The notes under the pieces were generated by a model. It did no database searches. It had not been told where the DNA came from and worked only from the letters and a program-made list of their open reading frames with translations. A DNA stretch of 64,000 nt from Candidatus Zhuqueibacterota bacterium (GTDB lineage Bacteria; Zhuqueibacterota; Zhuqueibacteria; Oceanimicrobiales; Oceanimicrobiaceae), in assembly GCA_029261995.1 (NCBI GenBank), contig JAJDAF010000010.1, forward strand, positions 196,767 to 260,766, written 5' to 3'. How positions within the stretch are numbered: the first letter of the stretch is position 1; every line of letters begins with the position of its first letter. A program made the position numbers and the translations under genes. Positions 1-9,673 of this stretch are shown piece by piece.

Positions 1-120
1 CATCAGACGACGGAAGACATCATCATTGCGCCGCAGGCCGAAACCAAATACGATACCATCATCAAAGTCATGGATCGGTGCCGCGAAAGCGGTTTCCCAA
101 ACATCTCGATTTCAGGATAA
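1..120 (+). CDS. ExbD/TolR-family protein, C-terminal fragment (gene begins upstream of window)
   Basis: Frame 1 reads HQTTEDIIIAPQAETKYDTIIKVMDRCRESGFPNISISG*, the ExbD C-terminal pattern (Y..ii.vMD..r..Gf..i); directly upstream of a second ExbD. Confidence 0.8.
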   Translation, partial: HQTTEDIIIAPQAETKYDTIIKVMDRCRESGFPNISISG

Positions 121-126
121 ACGAGC

Positions 127-654
127 ATGTACTTTAACTTCGACGATCAGGCCGAAAGCCAACTGTTTGTCATCAAGCCGCGGAGAAACAAATCGATCAG
201 TTCGTTTACGCTGCGCCTGACCTCCATGATCGATATGTTTACTATTCTGCTGGTATTCCTGCTCAAAAGCTTTTCCGTGGAAGGCGAGATTATGAGTGTC
301 GCCAGCGACCTGCGCCTACCGGAATCAACCGCGCAGACACCACCGAAGGCGGCGCCAATTCTCGTGGTTACCAGCGAATGGATCATTCTCGACGGCAAAC
401 CGATTGAAAAAGTGAGCACTATCGCAAGCCAGAAGCAAAATTTGATCGCGCCACTCAAAACGCAACTTGCTGCCATTCGGGCGTTTTCAGCAAATCTCAG
501 CGCATTGGACCGCAGTATGAACCTCAAGGGTGACATCACGATCCAGGGTGACCGCGAGATCCCTTTTGCCCTGCTGAAGAAGATCATGTTCACCTGCGGC
601 CAGGAGGGCTTCAACAATATGCTGCTTGCCGTCAACCAGGCAGACCAGGGCTAG
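127..654 (+). CDS. ExbD/TolR biopolymer transport protein (AglS-like)
   Basis: TM segment LTSMIDMFTILLVFLLKSFS with the conserved Asp; LPES motif; C-terminal IQGDREIPF..LKKIMFTC..GF. Confidence 0.88.
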   Translation: MYFNFDDQAESQLFVIKPRRNKSISSFTLRLTSMIDMFTILLVFLLKSFSVEGEIMSVASDLRLPESTAQTPPKAAPILVVTSEWIILDGKPIEKVSTIASQKQNLIAPLKTQLAAIRAFSANLSALDRSMNLKGDITIQGDREIPFALLKKIMFTCGQEGFNNMLLAVNQADQG

Positions 655-658
655 CCGC

Positions 659-1993
659 ATGGCGAGAACCAGGAAGCAACTCCTTCTAAGGATAGAGCAG
701 GGTGGCGCCGTCACCCTGCACAAGCTACTCGCCAATGAGTCTGTTTCCGTGGGCAGGCATCCTGGGAACGATGTCACTGTTTACGGCGAGGCCTACCCGA
801 AAAAACACATTCTGTTCGCCGGCAAGAAGAGCCATTTCCAGGTGAACTTAAAGGGATTCATGCAGGGCGAAGTCGTCTCCCGGGAAGCCCGACTGTCGTT
901 TCGCGATATGATTCTGCACGATCTGCTTGCGCGCAAGGGTGATTCATTTGTCTACGCAATCGGCGTTGGCAAAAAGGGAGTCGTGCACTTCGGCGACACC
1001 AAAATCGTTTTCCAATGTGAAGAAGTTTCAGCGGCTGCGGTCAAGGCCGCGCGCGTGGAAAAGTTCGCCGGCTTTTCCTGGGTCCGTGCAACCTTCCGGG
1101 ATCTTGGCAACGATCTGCCGTTCAAAGTGGTTCTGCTGTTTTTTGTCATTCTCAACACGTTTTTTGTGCGCTATTTGACGGGTCTACCAACCAGCCCGAG
1201 GACCAATGTTGACCTTGCCCGAGTGCCGGAGCGCCTTGCGAGAATCATTGTCCGGAATCCTGAGCCAGCCACCATCGAGCGAGCCCGCGTTAACGCCGGC
1301 GGGCAGGCAGAAGACCAGGCTGCCGGGGAGTCAGAAGAAAGCAGTGAAGCTGTCGAACGCAGCCGTCGTAACCGGCGGCCCGAAGCACAGGGCGTGCTTG
1401 GCCTGCTAACGGGAATTGGCGCTTCGAGTCAATCGAACAATCTGGCTGACTTTCTGCTGGATAAGGGCCTTGCCCGCGAGCTTGACGAAGCGATCTCGAG
1501 TACGGATCTGTCAGTTGGCCGCGGCAACGGCAGTGGAGATGATTTCGATGAGCTTTTCGCACTCGGGGATTCAGACACCGGAGGCGGAATTGACGACCTG
1601 CTGCAGGATGTCGGTGGCGGTGACGGGATTTCTCTCGGCGAAAAGGGGCAAATTCAGGTCGATAGAATCGGCGGGATGCGCGGCAATCAAGCGGCGCTTG
1701 GCCAGCGCTCGGAAGAGTCTGTGCGCGCGGTCATGCTTTCTTACACCGGCCGCCTGACCTACATTTACAACAAATATCTCAAAATTGAAGCCGGTTTGAA
1801 CGGCAAGCTCGTGGTGGAGGTGGAGATCGCCGCGAACGGTTCTGTCGCGCGGGCAAAACTTGTGTCATCCAGCGTCAATCATCCGGAGTTTGAGCAGGAG
1901 GTTCTCAGCTTCGTTCGCCGTTGGAAGTATGACGCAATCGAGCAGGGCACGGTGACGGTCACCTATCCGCTGTTTTTCAGTAAGGTGGGCTAG
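659..1993 (+). CDS. FHA-like / TM / Gly-Asp linker / TonB-C (AgmX/PglI, GltG-like) protein
   Basis: N-terminal VSVGRHPGNDV (FHA-like GR motif), single TM, G/D-rich linker, C-terminal YNKYLK...GKLVVEVEIAANGSV...VRRWKY..VTYPLFF; ATG at 659 preferred over ORF-track start 626. Confidence 0.8.
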   Translation: MARTRKQLLLRIEQGGAVTLHKLLANESVSVGRHPGNDVTVYGEAYPKKHILFAGKKSHFQVNLKGFMQGEVVSREARLSFRDMILHDLLARKGDSFVYAIGVGKKGVVHFGDTKIVFQCEEVSAAAVKAARVEKFAGFSWVRATFRDLGNDLPFKVVLLFFVILNTFFVRYLTGLPTSPRTNVDLARVPERLARIIVRNPEPATIERARVNAGGQAEDQAAGESEESSEAVERSRRNRRPEAQGVLGLLTGIGASSQSNNLADFLLDKGLARELDEAISSTDLSVGRGNGSGDDFDELFALGDSDTGGGIDDLLQDVGGGDGISLGEKGQIQVDRIGGMRGNQAALGQRSEESVRAVMLSYTGRLTYIYNKYLKIEAGLNGKLVVEVEIAANGSVARAKLVSSSVNHPEFEQEVLSFVRRWKYDAIEQGTVTVTYPLFFSKVG

Positions 1994-2616
1994 CCCGCTT
2001 GCACCCGGTTGCCAATCTCTTCCAGAATTCCGTCCATCCAATGCAAATCTTCATACATATCAAAGTTGTCGGTATCGACAATCAGGACGTTCCAGCTATT
2101 TGAAATTTTCTTAATCCAACTCTCGTAGCCGATGTTGAGTTGTGCCAGATATTCGCGGTCCACGCCTTTTTCGTAATCCCGGCCACGTTTCCGGATACGA
2201 CTGATCAACGTCCAGGTCGAGGCCTTGAGGTACACGACAATGTCCGGCCTTTTCAGTGACTGCACCATGGCCTCGTAGATGCTGCGGTAGGAGTGGTAGT
2301 CGCGTTCGGGCATGAACTCACGCAGGTAGAGGTTTTGGGCGAAGATTTCCGCATCTTCGTAAATGCTTCGGTCCTGAATGCAGGTGCTGGTCTTTCTTTG
2401 GATGGCAAGGTGGTCTTTGAACCGTTCGGTGAGGAAGAACACCTGAGAATGGTACGCCCACCTCTGCATGTCTTTGTAGAAATCTTCGAGGTACGGATTT
2501 TTGGCCTGGGGTTCGTAATAAGTCTCCCAGCCAAAGCGTTCGTTGAGTAGCCTGGTTAGCGTGGTTTTGCCGACCCCCATATTGCCGGCAATGGCGATAA
2601 ACTTTGAATTGGACAA
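1990..2616 (-). CDS. Deoxynucleoside kinase (dAK/dGK family)
   Basis: P-loop AGNMGVGKTT, DRSIYED, RIRKRGRDYE. Confidence 0.93.
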   Translation of the reverse strand: MSNSKFIAIAGNMGVGKTTLTRLLNERFGWETYYEPQAKNPYLEDFYKDMQRWAYHSQVFFLTERFKDHLAIQRKTSTCIQDRSIYEDAEIFAQNLYLREFMPERDYHSYRSIYEAMVQSLKRPDIVVYLKASTWTLISRIRKRGRDYEKGVDREYLAQLNIGYESWIKKISNSWNVLIVDTDNFDMYEDLHWMDGILEEIGNRVQAG

Positions 2617-2820
2617 CCGTGCCTCCTGCTTTGGCGACTATTTTAGTCATTTCGGGCCACAAAAGGCAAGCGCTTTTTGGGCGCAATTGTGTTCAGTCGC
2701 GATTTTTTTCACGACTTACTGTCCGAATCAAGCTTCAATATCCAGTTTGCATCCCGCCCCGACTTGTGCGCCCATCTCATGGTTTCAGCAGTGCCCTTCG
2801 ATTTTTGTTGATTGCCAATG

Positions 2821-2848
2821 CAAACCATCTTAATTAGTAATGGTCTAA
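2821..2848 (+). promoter_or_regulatory. Putative ECF-sigma autoregulatory promoter
   Basis: CAAACC-N16-GTCTAA ending 22 nt upstream of the ECF sigma ATG; resembles the AAC/GTC ECF pattern. Confidence 0.45.
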
Positions 2849-2870
2849 CCTGGTGTGAAAAGAAACGGGA

Positions 2871-3446
2871 ATGAATAGCGACGAACGAGCAATTATTCAG
2901 GAAGCCCAGCGAGGGAATATCGTGGCCTTTGAATCGTTGGTGAAAAAATACGACCGCCAGGTCATGCAGATCGCGGCGAGCATGGTGAACAATGCCCACG
3001 ATGCTGAAGACATCTACCAGGAAGTCTTTGTGCGTGTTCACAGAAACTTGCGGCGCTTTCAGTTTCGCAGCGAGTTTTCGACCTGGCTCTACCGAGTGGT
3101 CGTGAACTACTGCATTAACTTCCAGAAGAAGCGTCGGCGCAACCGTGCTTTTTCTTTGGATAGTGATTTTGATCAGGAATCGATGGGTTGGCAGCTGACC
3201 ATCGCAGATGCGGAGAAGACGCCGGAGCAATCGATGCTCAATCAGGAACTCTCCAATGAAATCGATGCCGCACTCGATCAGCTTTCCAGTCAACAGAAAC
3301 TGGTCTTCGTTCTGCGTCACTACCACGGTTTCAAGCTCAAGGACATCGCCGCCATGATGGGCTGCTCGCTGGGGACCATCAAGAACTACTTGTTCCGGGC
3401 GACTCAAAAGATGCAAAGCCAACTGAGAGACCATTCTCACGCGTAA
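2871..3446 (+). CDS. ECF RNA polymerase sigma factor
   Basis: DAEDIYQEVF, FSTWLYRVVVN (region 2); DIAAMMGCSLGTIKNYLFRA (region 4). Confidence 0.95.
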   Translation: MNSDERAIIQEAQRGNIVAFESLVKKYDRQVMQIAASMVNNAHDAEDIYQEVFVRVHRNLRRFQFRSEFSTWLYRVVVNYCINFQKKRRRNRAFSLDSDFDQESMGWQLTIADAEKTPEQSMLNQELSNEIDAALDQLSSQQKLVFVLRHYHGFKLKDIAAMMGCSLGTIKNYLFRATQKMQSQLRDHSHA

Positions 3447-3457
3447 AGGAAGATGTT

Positions 3458-4399
3458 ATGAATTTGCCAAAGGACCTCGAGCAAGCCATCGTGCTCTATT
3501 TGTACGATGAACTCTCAGGACAAGAGAAGCAGGAATTCGAAACGCATATCGAATTCAACCAGGCCAGCCGCCGAAAGCTCGACGAGTTTCGAAAGCTGCA
3601 TGGCGTGCTAGGTAATCGCGCTCTCTTGACCCCATCGGAGCAAACGCTTGTCGGGGCGCGTGCTAATTTGCGAGACCGTCTGCGTGACGAGCGCAAAGCC
3701 GCCATGAAGGAGAATTGGTTTGACGGACTACGCTCTGCTGTGGCAATCACCGGACGCGGGATGCAGCTTGCAACGGGGTTCGCTTTGCTTCTGGCTGGCC
3801 TTGTCGTCGGACGCTGGACTGCCACTGGCTCCGAACTAGCTTCGTACGAGACCCGAATCGCCGGCCAACGTGGCCTGCCTGCCATCTCGGATGTCGGCAG
3901 CGTGCAGTACGACCCTGCGAGCGGGCTGGTGACGGTGCAGTATCAGACCGTCGATGAGGTTTCGCTGAGCGGCAGCGTTGACGACGCATCAATTCGCCAT
4001 GTCTTGAGCTACGCGATTCGTTCCGAGACACACCCAGGCCGAAGATTGGCGGCGGTGAAAGCCACGGCCGGCGGTTCGTTTGCCGACGACGAACTCGAAC
4101 AAGCGCTGGTAAAGGCGATGGAAGACGATGAAATCGATGGTGTGCGTCTCAAGGCGGCCAAGGTTCTGAAGGCGTTGCCTATCAGCCGGAATATCAAAAG
4201 AGCGTTCATTCGTGTCCTTTTCAAAGACCCAAACCCGGCTATCCGGATTGAGGCCTTGGACGCTCTGAGCCAGGTTCAGGAACAGGACGTGGTGCCGATC
4301 CTGAGAAACGCCGCGAAAGACGACGACAACGAATTCGTGCGCTTGCAGGCTTCGCGCACGCTCGAGCGTACCGAAAATCCCGAAGTCGTGGAGAGATAG
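3458..4399 (+). CDS. Anti-sigma factor with single TM and C-terminal HEAT repeats
   Basis: N-terminal YLYDEL...FETH anti-sigma-like domain, TM, HEAT repeats (GVRLKAAKVL, DPNPAIRIEALDAL, NEFVRLQA); follows the ECF sigma. Confidence 0.8.
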   Translation: MNLPKDLEQAIVLYLYDELSGQEKQEFETHIEFNQASRRKLDEFRKLHGVLGNRALLTPSEQTLVGARANLRDRLRDERKAAMKENWFDGLRSAVAITGRGMQLATGFALLLAGLVVGRWTATGSELASYETRIAGQRGLPAISDVGSVQYDPASGLVTVQYQTVDEVSLSGSVDDASIRHVLSYAIRSETHPGRRLAAVKATAGGSFADDELEQALVKAMEDDEIDGVRLKAAKVLKALPISRNIKRAFIRVLFKDPNPAIRIEALDALSQVQEQDVVPILRNAAKDDDNEFVRLQASRTLERTENPEVVER

Positions 4400-4514
4400 A
4401 TTTTTTCGGCGCCCAATGTGGGTGCAGAACAAAGCAATCGTGTTGGAAACACCAAACTAGATCCAAAGTGTTGACGGAATCTACCGAAATAAAATCAATC
4501 TTAGGAGATCGAAA

Positions 4515-5795
4515 ATGACAGCGAATAGTTTCACCAGGGCGAGCATGCTGGCAGTTGCGGTTTGCATTCTCCTGTCTGTTCAGCCTGCATCAGCGCAAAA
4601 GCTGACCAAGTCTGGAAGATACTATGTGGCGGATATCGAGAAGACGTTTAAGGTGACGGGAGCCGGAACTTTGACAATCCGGGGTGTTAGTGGCAGTGTG
4701 TTCGTGTCGTCGTGGGAGCGCTCTGAAGTCCAGATCAAAGAAATCAAGAAGATGGATGTTTTCACGGAAAAAGAAGCGGAAACGGTTTTGGAGCGCTCCG
4801 AGTCCAGCTATCGCCAGCAGGGCAATGACATCTTTGTTGATGGAGAGCATTCGCGCCGCGACTGGGTTAAAAGCAAGTTTGAAGTGTGGGCGCCAAAGTC
4901 GTTTAGCGTAGATCTCGACACCCGCGGTGGAGACATCCGGGTAAGCAATCTGACAGGCACGGCAAACATCCAAACCTCGGGTGGGGATATCGCCCTGAAC
5001 GAGATCGGTGGTGAAATCGATGCCCGCACCTCAGGAGGCGACATCGAGGTCTCGGGGGCCGAGAAAGAGGTCAGCCTGCGTACTTCTGGCGGAGATCTCG
5101 AGCTTAGACGGATTCTCGGGCCGCTTACCGGCCGGACTTCCGGCGGCGAGATCAAACTCACGGAATCGCAGGGGGAAGTGAAGCTGCACACCTCCGGAGG
5201 AAGTATCGAGATTGACCAGGTGCGAGGCGAGGTGGAAGCGCACACATCCGGCGGCGACATTGTCGTGACCGATGCCACTGCGAGTGTTGAAGTTCAAACT
5301 TCCGGCGGAGACATCGAATTCAGAAATATCGGCGGCTCCCTTGAAGCGGAGACTTCCGGTGGAGATATCGAGGGCAAGGCGGTAAGTGGAGATGCCAGAG
5401 TATCCACGGCGGGTGGCGATATCGAGATTCACGACCTGCGTGGCGGAGTGGAAGGCAAGACTGCCGGCGGCGACATCGAAGTTGAGATGACCCTGCAGGA
5501 CTTCTCGAAGAATCATGCTGTATTTCTCCGAACTGCCGGCGGGGAAATCCGGTTAACAATTCCGGAGAAACTTCCGGCGAGCATCCGTGCCGAAATCGAG
5601 GTTGAGGACCGTTGGGAATCTTATGACATCTATTCTGACTTTCCTTTGACCAGCTCTGACGGCTCAGAAGGCGTCAAATCACGCAGGAAAAGAGGGAGAA
5701 GAATCAGCAGCGAGGGGGCGATCAACGGCGGCGGCGACCCAATTGAGCTCTTCACACGAGACGGCAATATCTACATTAAGAAACTAGCCAGGTAG
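4515..5795 (+). CDS. Secreted DUF4097 (putative adhesin) beta-strand repeat protein
   Basis: Signal peptide (ASA-Q); 12 copies of T[SRA]GG[DES][IL], mostly at 18-aa period. Confidence 0.88.
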   Translation: MTANSFTRASMLAVAVCILLSVQPASAQKLTKSGRYYVADIEKTFKVTGAGTLTIRGVSGSVFVSSWERSEVQIKEIKKMDVFTEKEAETVLERSESSYRQQGNDIFVDGEHSRRDWVKSKFEVWAPKSFSVDLDTRGGDIRVSNLTGTANIQTSGGDIALNEIGGEIDARTSGGDIEVSGAEKEVSLRTSGGDLELRRILGPLTGRTSGGEIKLTESQGEVKLHTSGGSIEIDQVRGEVEAHTSGGDIVVTDATASVEVQTSGGDIEFRNIGGSLEAETSGGDIEGKAVSGDARVSTAGGDIEIHDLRGGVEGKTAGGDIEVEMTLQDFSKNHAVFLRTAGGEIRLTIPEKLPASIRAEIEVEDRWESYDIYSDFPLTSSDGSEGVKSRRKRGRRISSEGAINGGGDPIELFTRDGNIYIKKLAR

Positions 5796-5825
5796 ACCTG
5801 CAGCATTGGGCGCGGTTTGACCACA

Positions 5826-8231
5826 TCAGACCGCGCCCGCGGGGTTCAGAGGATCTCCCACCTTTATCACCACCATCGTGAAATCATCGTGCTGCTTGGT
5901 ATTCTTTGAGAACCTCGCCACGTCGGTGCTGATTCGTTCCAGCAGATGCGCTGCACTCTGTCCGTTTGCGCGGGCAATGCACTGGCACAGGCGGTCTTCG
6001 CCAAACTCATCACCGTTCTTACTGGTGGATTCAGAGATTCCGTCCGTGTAAAACACAAACGTGTCGCCACACTCAATCGGGATTTCAACCTGCTCGATCG
6101 TGCGTGAAAAAATATCGCCGGAGTCGAGGCCAATGGCCAATCCCGGCGGCAGAATCATTTCTGGCTTGCCGGTCGCCTTGCGGTTTACGATCAGGGGGTT
6201 GTGGCCGGCGCGTGCAAACCGAAGGACACTTTTTTCCAGGTCGAACTCTGCGAAAATCATGCTGATGAAGACCTCTTTGGGTACGTTTTCGTAGAAGATC
6301 GCATTCATCTCTGAAAGAATTCTCTTCGGATTGCTGCTACCCCTGCACAGCGTTTTGATGATGCCTTTTGCCATGGTCATATAAAATGCGGCCGACACGC
6401 CTTTGCCGGACACATCACCAACAATGACTCCAAGCGAATTGTTGCCGTTGAGAACAAAATCGTAGTAGTCACCGCCGACCTCCATGGCCGGCCGGCAAAC
6501 GCACGCGATATCAAGCTTCGGCAGGCTCGGTATCGTTTGCGGCAGGAATCTGGACTGCACACTGCGCGCAATTTCAAGCTCTTTGAGAAACCTCTCACGC
6601 TCGGCTATCCGGCCAACGTAGCCCGGGATGTAGTGCTCAAAGTCCAGGACAGAGCGTTCGCTCCTGGAGAGCAGCACGCCGGAACCCACGAGCAAGGCGG
6701 CGAACCCGCAGGCGAAAACACCTGATGGACTCAGCCATGGTTCGGCCTGCTGCCCGAGCAGTATCAGGTCAATGTATGCCACGATGGTGAACATTGAAAT
6801 AATAATGGTCACATAATCATAACAAAAAATGAAGTACGAGGCCAGCAACGCCAGCGGCAAAAACAGGAGAAAGGCAAGATATGTTGGCTGCGTGTTGAAC
6901 AGTTGCAGAATGACGGCGTCAAGAAACACAGCGAAGAGCAAAACCATTAGCGCGCGATTTTTCAGCTTTTCGCACAGATAAGAGGTGAAGAAGACCACCA
7001 GCACTATTCCGGCAAGCCCGGCGGAGACAGCACTGTCGAGCAACGTTCCGAGCAGGCCTCTCATGCCCGTGAAAATCTGCAGCACATCATCATCGAACTC
7101 TAAATAGCCTCCCAGGAAGTCGGTCACCCAATAGATGATGGCGAATCCCAGCAGAATTGAACCCGAAACAAAGACGGCGTTCAGTATTGCGAAGCCCAAC
7201 TCTCTCACTCGTATGAAGCCTCGGAACAGAACGTCAGTCAGAGCCATGCGTTCAGGCCAGACGTCCCGCACCATCGACTCGGATACCGGATGCGCGATGA
7301 GAATCGCGATGCCAGCCAGGATTGCCGAAGCGCCACCACCGAAAATTATTTCCGTCCATGATGGCCAGATGATGTTGGCCATAGCAGCCCAGGTGACGAG
7401 ACAGCCTGCAAACGCCAGCCAGCGCGCTCTTGTGAACTCGAGTTCATCGTGACGTATTTTTGCAAAGAAGCGAATCAGCAGCAAGATAGAGACAGCCAAC
7501 CAGAGCACCACCGATGTTATGTACGAAATATCTCGGGAGGTCTTGTGGCGTTCCGGAACGATCGGTTCGTCGGTGTCAAATGTAAGCCTTGCCAGATAAT
7601 AGGTAATCTGCTTGCCGCTAACGTTTATTTCGTAGCTCTCTCGCAAGTCCCGGTTGATGGGTGAGTCTTTTAGAAAGGCGAAGCTATGAATGCGGACACG
7701 ACCCTGGGTGTTGACGGTTGTGCTGACAAGCTCCATCGCAGTTGTGTCAACTTGCTGCTCGACCAGGAAGGCGCGGGCCAAACCCTCTGCTTCGCTTTCC
7801 TTGAGGTTTGGCGGTTTCAGGAGGCTGGCGCCCTGCTGCTCCAGCTTGATGAGATTACCGGAGAAATCGTAGTCGAGACCGTAAGCGACCTCCTGTTTGC
7901 CTTCCTTCCTAATCTCCACGACGCCTTCCCAGAAAATCGTCCAGGATGCCGCCGGGAAGAACGCGTCCGGGACATGGCTACCCAGGTGGGTTTGCGCATA
8001 GCTGAGCAGGTTATTGTTCAAATCAGGCGAGACCTTCCGGCGGAGATCGAGATCCGAAAGATCAGTAGTGCTGTAAAGTTGCTCCGCCCGCAACAATATC
8101 TCTTCCCGAGGCACGTCCTGGTGAATGATATTGGTCACTGGCAGGCGCTGAGCCAACTGAAAAAACAGGATCAAGCCAACGCAACCGGCTGAGGTCCTTA
8201 AGAGGAGAGAGTGGTATGAGTTGTCGTTCAT
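5826..8231 (-). CDS. Membrane-bound PP2C/SpoIIE (RsbU-like) phosphatase with extracytoplasmic and multi-TM sensor region
   Basis: ELEIARSVQ, VGGDYYDF, GDVSGKG, AGHNP, FYTDGI, HDDFT; many hydrophobic helices; start uncertain (8231 or 8267). Confidence 0.9.
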   Translation of the reverse strand: MNDNSYHSLLLRTSAGCVGLILFFQLAQRLPVTNIIHQDVPREEILLRAEQLYSTTDLSDLDLRRKVSPDLNNNLLSYAQTHLGSHVPDAFFPAASWTIFWEGVVEIRKEGKQEVAYGLDYDFSGNLIKLEQQGASLLKPPNLKESEAEGLARAFLVEQQVDTTAMELVSTTVNTQGRVRIHSFAFLKDSPINRDLRESYEINVSGKQITYYLARLTFDTDEPIVPERHKTSRDISYITSVVLWLAVSILLLIRFFAKIRHDELEFTRARWLAFAGCLVTWAAMANIIWPSWTEIIFGGGASAILAGIAILIAHPVSESMVRDVWPERMALTDVLFRGFIRVRELGFAILNAVFVSGSILLGFAIIYWVTDFLGGYLEFDDDVLQIFTGMRGLLGTLLDSAVSAGLAGIVLVVFFTSYLCEKLKNRALMVLLFAVFLDAVILQLFNTQPTYLAFLLFLPLALLASYFIFCYDYVTIIISMFTIVAYIDLILLGQQAEPWLSPSGVFACGFAALLVGSGVLLSRSERSVLDFEHYIPGYVGRIAERERFLKELEIARSVQSRFLPQTIPSLPKLDIACVCRPAMEVGGDYYDFVLNGNNSLGVIVGDVSGKGVSAAFYMTMAKGIIKTLCRGSSNPKRILSEMNAIFYENVPKEVFISMIFAEFDLEKSVLRFARAGHNPLIVNRKATGKPEMILPPGLAIGLDSGDIFSRTIEQVEIPIECGDTFVFYTDGISESTSKNGDEFGEDRLCQCIARANGQSAAHLLERISTDVARFSKNTKQHDDFTMVVIKVGDPLNPAGAV

Positions 8232-8327
8232 TCGTCCATGGGTTGAATCGCTGGCAATATAGGACAATCGCAGCTAAAAAGCAACCAGCGCATGAAGCAG
8301 AAGACGACCGTTTCTCCTGGTTTCGGC

Positions 8328-8356
8328 TTGACATCTATGCAATTATTCACTAACAT
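8328..8356 (+). promoter_or_regulatory. sigma70-type promoter of the TrmH-family gene
   Basis: TTGACA-N17-TAACAT; implies the true start lies downstream of ORF-track start 8292. Confidence 0.55.
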
Positions 8357-8378
8357 GATTAACGTCTATGTTGACATA

Positions 8379-8897
8379 ATGTTGGCTTTTTCGTCCGCAA
8401 TCCAAAAAATACGATACGCAATCCGCATGGTCTGCACTCTGGTCGAGAACGTTCGAAGTCTTTACAATGTGGGTACCATCTTCCGGACTGCCGATGGCGC
8501 CGGCATATCCAGGGTTCATCTCGCCGGCATCACCGGAAAGCCGCCGCATCGCGAAATCCGCAAAGTTGCACTGGGCGCTGAGGAGCACGTTCCGTGGCAA
8601 CATCACACCGACGCCCTTGGGTTGGTGAGGGAATTGAAAGGCCGGGGCGTCCAGATTGTGGTGCTGGAAACGACGGCTGCGAGCGTACCCTACGATCAGG
8701 CCAGCTATCAATTTCCGCTCTGCCTGGTGGTGGGAAATGAGTACGAGGGCGTCAGCGAGAAGGTTCTACGCGAAGCCGACCTGATTGTCAGCATTCCAAT
8801 GTCCGGCATCAAAGTTTCGCTCAACGTCGGCGTGGCGTTTGGTGTCGCTGCATATGAAATCGTCAAACACTATCAAAGAACACTTTCGGAGGGGTAA
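8379..8897 (+). CDS. SpoU/TrmH-family RNA 2'-O-methyltransferase
   Basis: NVRSLYNVGTIFRTAD, LVVGNEYEGVS, IPMSGIKVSLNV; start 8379 or 8427. Confidence 0.9.
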   Translation: MLAFSSAIQKIRYAIRMVCTLVENVRSLYNVGTIFRTADGAGISRVHLAGITGKPPHREIRKVALGAEEHVPWQHHTDALGLVRELKGRGVQIVVLETTAASVPYDQASYQFPLCLVVGNEYEGVSEKVLREADLIVSIPMSGIKVSLNVGVAFGVAAYEIVKHYQRTLSEG

Positions 8898-9610
8898 TGT
8901 CAACATTCTCGACGGTTCTACTGGTTCTGGTAATCGTGCTCTTGGGAGTTGCGGGATACTACTATCTCGATACGGTGCAGCCTCTTCAGGTTGCTTTCGA
9001 AGAGTCGCAACAGAGAAATCTTGAGCTTACCTACCAGGTTGAGCAGTTGGAGCACAGGCTCGCCGAGAAGGTCAGGAAAACACAAAAAGAAAAAGAGTCT
9101 GAGATTGCCAACGTAAAGTCCACCTACGAAGAGCTTGTTCTGAATCTACGGGAGCAGGTTGATAGAGGAGAGGTGACCATCACAAAAATGGCGGACCAAC
9201 TGAAGGTGAATATTGTTGATCGCATCATCTTTCCGACAGGATCGGCTGACCTGAGTGAGGCGGGTGTGAAGGTGTTGCAGCGCGTGGGTAGTGTCCTCAG
9301 AAATACCGAGAACAAGCGAATCCGAGTCGAGGGGCACACCGACAACGTGCCGATTCATCGTAATCTGCAGGAAAAATTTGAGTCGAATTGGGAACTGTCG
9401 GCGGCCCGGGCAACGAATGTTGTTCGTTTTCTGCAAGATGGTGTCAAGATCAACCCCAGAAGGCTCGAAGCGGCGGGACTGGGACAGTATCAGCCCATCT
9501 CCTCGAACAAAACCAGGGCGGGCAAGCGCCGAAATCGGCGAATCGAAATCCTGTTGCTGCCGACACAGCATCCCAATCGAGCCTCGGGACAATCTGCTGC
9601 TAGGAAGTAG
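8897..9610 (+). CDS. OmpA/MotB-family peptidoglycan-binding membrane protein
   Basis: N-terminal TM, coiled coil, VEGHTDNVPI, NWELSAARA, NRRIEI; start overlaps upstream stop (TAATG). Confidence 0.9.
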   Translation: MSTFSTVLLVLVIVLLGVAGYYYLDTVQPLQVAFEESQQRNLELTYQVEQLEHRLAEKVRKTQKEKESEIANVKSTYEELVLNLREQVDRGEVTITKMADQLKVNIVDRIIFPTGSADLSEAGVKVLQRVGSVLRNTENKRIRVEGHTDNVPIHRNLQEKFESNWELSAARATNVVRFLQDGVKINPRRLEAAGLGQYQPISSNKTRAGKRRNRRIEILLLPTQHPNRASGQSAARK

Positions 9611-9673
9611 TCCAGTTTACAGACCTGTTCGGCAACTGATTCTATCCATAACCAACTAACAGGGAGAACGCAC

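Noticed and set aside
2709..3440. 243-aa ORF antisense to the ECF sigma gene (and similar shadows such as 19796-20638, 44071-44700, 48548-49168)
   Set aside because: They overlap well-supported genes on the opposite strand and have no domain signal
4920..5550. Periodic ACNTCCGGCGG DNA repeats as a possible CRISPR or VNTR
   Set aside because: They are degenerate codons of the 18-aa TSGGDI protein repeat
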